Below are positions 54,121-64,000 of a stretch of DNA of 64,000 nucleotides, one piece after another. Position 1 is the first letter of the stretch, and each line of letters starts with the position of its first letter. The stretch lies in the NCBI GenBank assembly GCA_964016885.1, contig OZ024741.1, positions 202,988,001 through 203,052,000 on the forward strand. Reading direction: 5' to 3'. A program made the position numbers and the translations under genes. The notes beneath the pieces were generated by a model, which saw only the letters and a list, made by a program, of their open reading frames with translations, made no database searches and had not been told where the DNA came from. Source of the stretch: Eledone cirrhosa. Its lineage: Eukaryota.

Positions 54121-54469
54121 CATGATAGGACAGACATTAAAACATCCGAGAAACCCCTAGAGATGCAACCTTACAGGAGGCCAGCTACACCTACATAATT
54201 GTGAGCTGTTTCCCCAACAATTGCACCCTTAACGTATTTCTCAGGGAGATTCAGGCTGGCACCTTGAATTACTAGTACAACTCACGACCTTACGATCGCA
54301 AACCTTGCACTCTAACCACTACCTACGTACCTTCATACATAGTTATATGTGTATACATACACTCACACACATACAAACATATGTGTTCCTACCGAAAAAA
54401 ACTTTTTTTCCGTTTTCTATCTTTTCTTACTCTCCTCTATCTTTCTGTTTCTTCTCTCTCTCTCATTCT

Positions 54470-54507
54470 ATCTCCCGATGAAGGACTAACATCCGAAACG
54501 CTTAGAT
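54470..54507 (+). ncRNA. Degenerate hammerhead motif
   Basis: ATCTc-CCGATGA-aGGA(ctaaca)TCC-GAAACGCTT-AGAT; U4 changed to C. Confidence 0.45.
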
Positions 54508-55652
54508 TCATTTCCTACTATATCAAGCGGTAAACTAATATATATAATCATTGCATTGTATTGTTCTCCAGTGTTGTTTTTCCTCGCTGACTCCTTCTCT
54601 CTTTCACATACATACAAATATATATTCCAGTTGTCGTGAATATGTGTGGGTGTACATATCTATGTGTATATTATATTTTCCAGGTGTCAGGTACGAAGTC
54701 AGTATACACTATATAGTATATAGTGAAATTGCCACCTAGGTCCACCTATAGAGAAATCTTTATAGGATGTTTCCCACCTGGCTGTAACTCCCCTCTCTCT
54801 CTAACCCCCTTCTTACTATTACCATTGCCACCACCACCAGCTGTATAAAACAACGCTAGCACGGAATGTAGATATGTAAATATATGAAGCTTGTTGTCTA
54901 TTTATTTTGCCATCTCTTTGTGTTTGTAAAACTGTGTGGTGTGGTGTGGTAGCATTTGCACTGTTCCGTACCACCCTTACAATACATAGCTGCATTGTGG
55001 GTGGTCTCTGCAGAATAAGGGTAGCGGTGGCGGAAGAGGAGGAGGAGGTGGAAGACAGACAAGCAGGCATAGAGCACGACAGAAAGACGAATAGACACAC
55101 ATTCATATGCACACCCTACACACACATGCACTCCTATACACTTACAGATACGCACACACATACGCACACACATACGCACACACATACGCACACACATACG
55201 CACACACATACACACATACACATATACATACGTCCACATATACACAGGTACACAAACACTCGTACTCACACATACGAATGTACTCACACATACAAACGTA
55301 CCCACACATACAAACGTAGTCACGCACACATACACACCCACACACAGAATTTAGTGTGTTTGCTCGGCTTTTCCGGTAAATGCATGACCTTGTAAAATCT
55401 TTTGTTTATTTTTTGTTCTTGTTGTTGTCGTTTGTTGTTGTTCTTGTTGTTATTGTTGTATATCGTTGACCTCCTTTTCTGTTACGTGTTTTGTGGGTGG
55501 GGTAGTGGTAGAGCAATCCCGAGGGAGAAAAAAATAGTTACTGAGGGATGCGTGTTGTTGTTGAGCTAGTATGACAAGAGATCCACCATCTTCTACAAAA
55601 ACGTGTCTGTCTACGCAACGTGTTTGTTTATAATCAGTTCCTGCGGTATCTT

Positions 55653-56690
55653 GTTGAGTTCCCTGAGTGATATGCCTTAGGAGCTGTGACTGCGAGATCT
55701 AGTTGGGCTCCCCAACTGACAGTTGAGTTCCCTGGCTGATTTCCCTTAGGATCTGTGGCTGCGGGATCTAGTTGGGCTCCCCAACTGACAGTTGAGTTCC
55801 CTGGCTGATTTCCCTTAGGATCTGTGGCTGCGGGATCTAGTTGGGCTCCCCAACTGACAGTTGAGTTCCCTGGCTGATTTCCCTTAGGATCTGTGGCTGC
55901 GGGATCTAGTTGGGCTCCCCAACTGACAGTTGAGTTCCCTGGCTGATTTCCCTTAGGATCTGTGGCTGCGGGATCTAGTTGGGCTCCCCAACTGACAGTT
56001 GAGTTCCCTGGCTGATTTCCCTTAGGATCTGTGGCTGCGGGATCTAGTTGGGCTCCCCAACTGACAGTTGAGTTCCCTGGCTGATTTCCCTTAGGATCTG
56101 TGGCTGCGGGATCTAGTTGGGCTCCCCAACTGACAGTTGAGTTCCCTGGCTGATATCCCTTAGGATTCGTGGCTGCGGGATCTAGTTGAGCTCCCCAACT
56201 GACAGTTGAGTTCCCTGGCTGATTTCCCTTAGGATCTGTGGCTGCGGGATCTAGTTGGGCTCCCCAACTGACAGTTGAGTTCCCTGGCTGATATCCCTTA
56301 GGATTCGTGGCTGCGGGATCTAGTTGAGCTCCCCAACTGACAGTTGAGTTCCCTGGTTGATTTCCCTTAGGATCTGTGGCTGCGGGATCTAGTTGGGCTC
56401 CCCAACTGACAGTTGAGTTCCCTGGCTGATATCCCTTAGGATTCGTGGCTGCGGGATCTAGTTGAGCTCCCCAACTGACAGTTGAGTTCCCTGGCTGATT
56501 TCCCTTAGGATCTGTGGCTGCGGGATCTAGTTGGGCTCCCCAACTGACAGTTGAGTTCCCTGGCTGATATCCCTTAGGATTCGTGGCTGCGGGATCTAGT
56601 TGAGCTCCCCAACTGACAGTTGAGTTCCCTGGCTGATTTCCCTTAGGATTCGTGGCTGCGGGATCTAGTTCAGCTCTCTATCTGACAATC
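55653..56690. repeat. 69-bp tandem satellite, ~15 units, decaying to ~56800
   Basis: Unit GACAGTTGAGTTCCCTGGCTGATTTCCCTTAGGATCTGTGGCTGCGGGATCTAGTTGGGCTCCCCAACT starting at 55718, 55787 ... 56615. Confidence 0.97.
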
Positions 56691-56965
56691 TTTACGACTC
56701 CTGACTGCGGTATCAAATTGAGCTCCCTGACTGACAGTTAAGCTCTCTGACAGCCCTTACGATCTGTGGTATCTACATGAGCTCCCTAACTGACAAGCTA
56801 ACTTTGGGAGAGGGTCCACCAACTGTTTTGTAAGTTTTTATCAGTTGATCAATATGATTTGAAGACGGTGAATTGGCCGAAGTTGTTAGGGAGTCAGATA
56901 AAATATGCCTTGATATTTGTTCTGACTCATTGCGTTCTGAGTTCAAATTCCGGCTATGTCAAAAT

Positions 56966-59900
56966 ATAATAATAATAATAATAGTGATTTCTTTATTGGC
57001 CACAAGGGCTGACATCAAGAAAAACATTACAGACGGCACAGGACGGTACGGGATGGTACGATGTGGGTTTTGTGCGTGTAAAGATTTTTATTATTTATAT
57101 AAGAAGAGAAAAAGAAAAAGACATAGAAACATATATATATATATAAACAGTAAAAATGAAAATTGAAACAATTAAAAATTCCCCAATAGGGGGGAAGCCT
57201 CCGAGGGTTACTCGTGGCGAAAACCACACAAAAACCACGGCCAACCTGACCACCAGGGCAAGCGCCCTCTCTCAATTTTTCCATTTCTCAAACTACAGAC
57301 GTATATTCAGAGCGGTCCCGTTCACTCAGACCATTCTCGCTACATTCACCCACCTTTCAACAAACTTACTAGAAGGCAGCACTTGCCTCTCCACCCTGAT
57401 TATCCTCTTCAAGTGAAACTTGAAAAAGTTAATTAGGGATTCGCCAAAGAAGAAAGTGTCCGCTTTAACCCTTTCAACCATGTGCACCACACAATCTCTT
57501 TCGCCATGGCCACCAGGCAGATGGAAACTGCCTGCCCTTCCTCCTCGAAGAGTGCGTGTACGACGGTTTCGTCGCTTTGCGCGCATCTCGGACAGGCTCA
57601 GCTGACGGCACTTCCGTGCCTGTAGAACTTATCTCGAACCGGCAACGCTCCCCGGTAGCACTAACAGGCCAGGTTTTTTGGAAGTTATCCATAGGCTCTG
57701 GGCCGAAAGTTCTTCGGAAGAGAGCAAACAGCTGATCTTCTTCGACGCCCAGGATCTCTCCGAGAACGTCGTCGCTCTTCCCCTCCACTAGTCCTCTATA
57801 GAACGCCGAGGTGGATGTTCCACCGATACTGGTGCCCAGCTGGCAGAGGGTAGTGAGCGCCTGGAGACATTCCAGTTTCCAAGCGCTATCCCTCGGTATT
57901 TTCCAGACCCAGGACTGAAGCTCCGTCAAGGAGACGAGCTGTGGGAAAACGTGCCTGGCGAACGGCGACCACACCTGTTCACCGTCAAGGAAGTACCAGA
58001 GATGTCGCAGCCTCAGCGCATGTTTGCGCATCATCAGCCATGGCATGCTCAGTCCTCCACGCAACGGGTGTTGACATCAGATGGATTGTCTGATCATGGG
58101 AGCGCGTCCCTTCCACAAAAAGCGGAAGAGGAGGCGCTCCATTTGGGTCAGAGTTGGGCCAGGGCAGGCTACGACGGTGAAGCGGTAGCAGATGACGGAT
58201 GCGATGTACGTATTCGCCACCTCCGCCCGGCCTTTCAGGGACAGCTTCCTCTCGGCCCATTTCTGGGTGAGGGAGGCCACCCTACTCATCACCTCGCTCC
58301 AGTTTTTCTCCATCTGGAGGTCCGGTCCGAACCAAACCCCGAGCAATTTAACCGCTCCGTCCGTCCAACGCCCCACAACGCTGTCGGACTGCACGAATTT
58401 GCCTATCCAGGTGCCGAGCTGCAGGCCCACTGACTTTTCCTGGTTTATCTTTGCTCCTGTCACCACTTCGTATTCCTTGAGAGCGGTGCCGAGCATCTGG
58501 ATATGTCTGGTGCTCGACACCACGACGGTGATGTCATCGGCGTAAGCCGATTCGGATTTCCCGCCCCCAGTTTGTGCAGTAACGGCTCGAGAGCCAATAC
58601 GTACAAGAGGCACGAGAGGGGACAAACCTGGCGGACCGAGCGCATGATGCTGAACGGCTGCGACAGGTGACCGTTCACCCTCACAACTGAGCAGATGTCG
58701 CTGTACATCTCAGCGATCCAACCCCTTAAAACGGGCCCGAAACCGGCTGCCTCGAGGACCGCCGCCAGATACCAATGGTCGACCCTATCGAATGCTTTGG
58801 ATTGATCCAAGTTGATCAGGGCCCCACCCGTGTCAGGTTCCTTAACCACCCTCTCTACGGTGTATCGCATGGGGTGGAGGTTGTCGTGTATGGATCTGTT
58901 CGGAATGGCGAATGTCTGCGCCTCTCCCACCAGACCCCCGACGACAAGCGCCAATGTCGTTGCTCACACCTTGGCCAAAATCTTGAACTCTGCGTTTAGC
59001 AGGGTTATGGGCCTGAAGTTTTTGATAACATCCCCCTTGTTCGGGTCTTTTCTCAGCAGCCCCACCTCTCCCCGGCTCACAAAACTGGAATGCTCCCATT
59101 CTGCTGCCAGTTGCAGTAGATGTCTTCCAAGAGGTCACCGAACAAGTCTGGCATAAAAGCATAAAGCTCGTAGGGCAGACCATCCAAACCTGGCGATTCA
59201 ACCTCGTGCAGTTAGCTATCCCTTCCCGTATTACACCGGCTGTTATTGGCTTTTCGCAACACTGTGCTGCGGTCGTCGAGAGCCGAGGTTGTCCGCGGAG
59301 GTATGCACTAATGTCTATACCCAATCCGGCCCACCGCTGCTCCCGAACAGTTCAGCAAAGTGCTGCTGAAAAGCCTTACACATCTGCTCGGGTTCGAGCA
59401 ACAAGCGCCCGTTTTGGTCAGATAAAGACCGAATTGTGGTTTTGTTGCCACATCGCGGCTCTGCCACCCGGGCTCATTGGACGGCTTTTGTCCCCTCGTG
59501 ATTCAGAGCACGCGCTCTAGCTCTGAGTTCTTTATTTGCCATGTTTATGGCTGTGTACTTTTGGGGGGAGGGGTGATTTTGTTGCTGTTTTCTTGTTGTT
59601 GCTGTTGGGTGTGTGTGTTTTGTTGTGTTTGCGATGTTGGTATTTTTGGTGATGCTGGTGGTGGTGTGGTTCTTGGTGGCGCTGGTGCTTGTGGTGGTGA
59701 TGGTGATGGTGTTGCTGCAAGTCTCCTTGCAGCTTTTACCCCTCTTTGTGTGCCTTCGCTTTTGGAGAGTGAAGCTAAGGGTTTTTTTGTTTTTTTGTGG
59801 CAGACGGTTTTCCACTCCACTCCCGCCCCAGACTCCATGTCGGCTCCGTGGCGTCTGGGAGGGGTGTGTGCTCCACGGCTGTTGGTGGTGGTAGTGGAGC

Positions 59901-61565
59901 CCTCTCCGGCGATTTTGTTGCTGGTGCAGCTACTGCAAATGTAGCTATTGGTGTTGCCGCCACTGATGCTGCTGCTTTAGTTGTCCGTGGCCTTGGTACG
60001 GGTGCCACGGACGTTGCCCTCCTACTCTCCGTGGAAGGGGCTTCTGCGTTTGTTGCCTGCCCTGCTCTTGGTAGCAGTGGACCAGGTATTGGAAGGAGAG
60101 GGGCCATCTTCTTCGCTGTCTTCTGCGGGCAAAAGGCCCTGAGATGACCATTTGACCCACAGAGATAACATTTTGGCCGTCTTCCTTCCACGCTTATAGG
60201 GAGTTGGAGTCCTTCCTCGAGGTCTATGATATCGGGGATAGCGTCGATACGTTCCTGGTCAGTTTGTATAAGCATTTGCATGCCTATACCTGACCAGTTC
60301 TCTCTCCCTATTTTCTCTACTTGCAGTATGGTCGTCCTGCCCTCGATTCCAGCAAGGACAGACGCGGCCAGCCAAGGTATGGGCACATCGGGTGGGACCT
60401 GGGTCACTTTGACCCTCACAATTTTCTGCCCGCAGTAGGAGGGCACCAAGACTATGTCCTCACTCTTTAGGGTTTCCAAAGAGTGAGAGTTTGCTTCCTG
60501 GGGGGTGGCGAAAAGTACGTCTACTGTGGTGTACTTTCTGCCTCGGGTGATGTGGGATTTGCGCGCCCAGACGCACCCCATGCCTTTTGCATTTGAGCCT
60601 CCGTGGCTCTCCACCCGATGTGACATTTTGCTTACGGTGCGGTAAGTTACCATCCTAGCTGCTGGTCCTTGAAAAAATCGGGTGGAGGTTTCAGGGAGAC
60701 TCTATTGGCGTTTCTTGTCACCATGGCCCTTGCGACTGCCATCTCCTCCTCTGTGACTAACACTGTTTCGATATTTCGGGCGACACCTGCAAAAGAAGTG
60801 GTCCCTTTTTCAACAGCACCACTATTGCTGCCGCTACTGGTCTTACTGGTGGTGCTGAGATCGCTGTTACAGATATCGATGTCATTGTTGATGTTTTCGG
60901 TGGTACAATTGTTGTTGTTGTTTTCGTTGATACTGTTGCTGTTCTTACTGTTATTGTGGCTGTTGTTATTATTGTTGTTTTTGTTGATACTGTTCCTACT
61001 ATTATTGTTGTTGTGGCTGTTGTTATTGTCATTGTTATTGTCGTTCTCGACCTTACCGCTGTTATTTTTGTTATTGTCGTTCTCGACCTTACCGCTGTTA
61101 CTTTTGTTGTTGCTGTTGTTATTGATGGTGTTGTTGTTGGTGTTGTTGTTGGTGTTATTGTTGGTGTTGTTTGTGTTAGAAATATTTGGTAATTTTAAAT
61201 CTGTAACAATATCATTAAAAATGATATTGTTCCTCTTTTCCTTCGTAATATTTTCTTTTAAATGTACCTTCACTGGAACGCTGTCTTGTTGAAATGTTGA
61301 CAAAGTCTTCCCCTCTCTGTGTTGTCTGACAGTGCTCTTTCTCTTTCTTCTGTTATCCATGTTGAAAGAAATTTTTTTCAAATAATATTTTTACACAATA
61401 CGACACCACGTAAAGAGGTGCCGTATTATTTACAAGTGAACCACTGTATTAGGTGGGTCACTTCTTCTAAACTTTTATCAAGTTTAAAACTTGAAAAAAA
61501 GGTTTAGAACGGTTGAAGAGGTAAACTGTTGAAAAAAAACTGGAGGCGATAAGAAGCGTGGCTTC
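56966..61565 (-). mobile_element. L1/Tx1-like LINE, subfamily A, with long ORF1 but no endonuclease domain
   Basis: ORF1 61381-59775 (Asn-rich N-terminus, CYLCGSNGHLRAFC); RT DQSKAFDRV, YADD; 3' UTR similar to 15316-15570; (ATT)n tail. Confidence 0.93.
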
Positions 61566-61571
61566 ACCTTC

Positions 61572-63662
61572 AATAATAATAATAATAATGATTTCATTTA
61601 TTGGCCACAAGGGCCGACATATAGGGGACAATACAAAAGACTGAGACAGTGGGGTTTTACAGAAAAATCGAGTAAACAATATGAATAACAATAACAAAGT
61701 AACAACAAAGTAACAACAAAATAACAATAAAAATACAACGAAGAAAATTCCCCAATAAGGGGATGACCACCCAGGGTTCGCTCAGGTACCCCACCAATCC
61801 TGAACGACCCGACGCTTCAAGAGCACCCTGGAAGGGCACCCATCTCCTCCTCAAATTTACCCACCTACAGGCGCATGACCAGAGTAGGCCCACTCACACG
61901 GGCCATTCTCGCCACATTCACCCACCTTTCAGCAAATGTACTGGGGGGCAGCACTTCTCTCTCCACCCTCACCTTCCTTTCCAAGTGAAACTTGAAAAAG
62001 TTGATGAGGGATTGGCCGAAGAGAAAAGTATCTGTCTTCAGTCCTTTCAACCTCTTTCGCTACTGCCACCAGACAGAGGAAAATTGCCTTCCCTTCCTGG
62101 CCAAAGGAAGGCGGCGGGTCGATCTTCACTATGGACTCGGCCGATAGCTGGATCCGTTCTACACGCGACAACAGCTGTTCGACATAACTCCACAAGTCAG
62201 TAATGCATGGATACTGGACGAATGCGTGCAGAACGGTTTCGTCGCTCTGCGTGCATCTCGGGCAGGTCCGTCTGACAGCACTTCCGTGCCTGTAGAGTTG
62301 ATCTCGAACCGGCAGTGCCCCCCCCCCCCCCTCCCCGGTAGCACTGCCAAGCGAGGGATTTTTGGAAATTATCCATCGTCCCCGGCTCGAAAGTCCTCCG
62401 GAACAGACTGGTTAGTTCCACTTCGTCGACTCCCAGAGCCTCTCCGAGTGCGTCGTAGCACTCTCCCACCACTAATCCTCTATAGAACTCGAGTGTGGAA
62501 GTTCCACTGACCGCATTTCCCGCCTGGTAGAGGGCAGTGAGTGCCTGGCAACATTCCAGATACCAGTCACCCAGTCTCGGTCTCTTCTTGACCCAGGACT
62601 GCAGCTCAGTCAAAGAGACGAGCTGCGGAAAGACCCGTCTGACAAACGGCGACCACACCTGTTCACCGTTTAGGCAGAATATCTGGAGATGCCGCAGCCT
62701 CAGCGCGTATCTGCGCATCATTAGCCACGGCATTCCCAGCCTTCCACGTAGAGGGTGCTGGCAGCAGATGGACCGCCTCACCAGCGGAACCTGACCCCTC
62801 CACAAGAATTTGAAGAGGAGCCACTCCAAGATGGCGAGGCGCGAACGGGGGCAAAGGACGACAGTCAGACGGTAGCAGATGACGGACGCGATGTACGCGT
62901 TCGCCACCTCCGCCCGACCTTTCAGTGATAGCTTCCTCCCAGCCCATATCAGGGTGAGACTGGCTAACCGCTCGTCACCTCGTCCCAATTCTTATCCACT
63001 TGGAGGTCTGGCCCGAACCAAACCCCGAACAACTTTACCAGCCCGTCCGTCCAGCGCCTAACGACGCTGTTGGACGGCATGGGCTTGCCTTTCCAGGTGC
63101 CGAGTTGCAAGCCCACCGACTTTTACGGGTTAAATTTTGCTCCCGTCAACCTTTCATATTCCTCCAATAAGTTGCCGAGCACCTCGATTTCTGAGGTGTT
63201 CGACACTATCACAGCGATGTCGTCTGCATAAGCCAACACAGCCTTTCCGCGTCCCGGTTCGAACCTGGATGCTCTGCAACAGCTCCAGCTTCCGCAGTAA
63301 AGGCTTGAGAGTTAATACGTGCAGAAGGGAGGAGAGAGGGCACCCTTGACGGACCGATCGGGAGACCTGAAACGGTTCCGAGAAGTGGTCATTAATTTTG
63401 ACCACCGAGCAGGTGCCACTGTGCATTGCAGCGATCCAGCTTCTGAACACGGGCCCGAAGCCAGCCGCCTTGAGGACAGCCTCCAGGTACCGATGGTCGA
63501 CCCTATCGAATGCTTTCGATTGATCTAAATTGATCAGAGCCCTACCGAAGCCAGGTTTACACCCTACCCTCTCTATGATGTATCGCATTAGGTGGAGGTT
63601 GTCGTGTATGGACCTATTTGGAATTGCGCAAGTTTGCGCCTCCCCAACCAAATCTCCGACGA
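61572..63662 (-). mobile_element. L1/Tx1-like LINE, subfamily B, 5'-truncated in RT
   Basis: QTCAIPNRSIHDN, DQSKAFDRVDH, VRQGCPLS, YADD, LSLKGRAEV; 3' UTR similar to 9960-10235. Confidence 0.93.
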
Positions 63663-64000
63663 TATTGTAAAAAGGGTGCCGATGGCGTCAGTTGATACCT
63701 CAAATAATATGAGAAAGAAGTAAAGGTCCCTACGTCTCCAGCTGCATCTATGTTACATGTTCAGAACATTTCCCCCAAGAGTTACATCATTTCTATTCTA
63801 CAATATCGCCGAAGAAAAAATTTAAAATAGAAAGTGACTCAAATGTACTTTAGATCTATTTATGAAGAAGAAATGAAGGAAAAATTCTTAACATTTGATG
63901 GAGTCGTAGCGGCACCGTCCTGATATATGGCATCTCTTGGGTATTTAAAACTGAAAGATTCCATCTCTCTCTAGGTTTGAATACAGCCGATCTCTACCAG

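Noticed and set aside
55653-56690. CRISPR-like array of hairpin repeats
   Set aside because: No unique spacers and no cas genes; eukaryotic tandem satellite
60669-61292. Poly-Leu membrane-like ORF
   Set aside because: Antisense of the poly-Asn ORF1
63960-64000. Possible splice acceptor TCTCTCTCTAG|G
   Set aside because: Too little downstream sequence to evaluate

Overview
AT-rich, microsatellite-dense animal DNA made almost entirely of transposable elements. The SINE, LINE and microsatellite mix suggests an octopus or other mollusc (inference, not checked). I found no confident host gene, only one weak promoter/first-exon candidate near 50.3-50.5 kb; most listed ORFs are microsatellite or antisense artefacts. 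Recognisable elements: a decayed CR1-group LINE; Penelope-like elements (PLEs, RT + GIY-YIG) with inverted pseudo-LTRs (pLTRs); four L1/Tx1-like LINEs of two subfamilies ending in (ATT)n; R4/Dong-like restriction-like-endonuclease (REL) LINE fragments in (TAA)n; RTE fragments and two bipartite RTE-derived elements; two tRNA-SINE families; a non-autonomous Helitron; a Tigger-like MITE; and a 69-bp satellite with a nascent higher-order repeat. The most striking pattern is about a dozen fold-back (inverted-repeat) inserts, mostly in (TA)n tracts. Many carry minimal type I hammerhead ribozyme (HHR) motifs from at least six unrelated sequence families. These include a canonical HHR at 91-141, a recurrent non-canonical CAGUUGA core, and a ~710-bp tandem/inverted non-coding unit resembling a PLE-mobilised retrozyme. 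All alignments and folds were done by eye, so boundaries are approximate.
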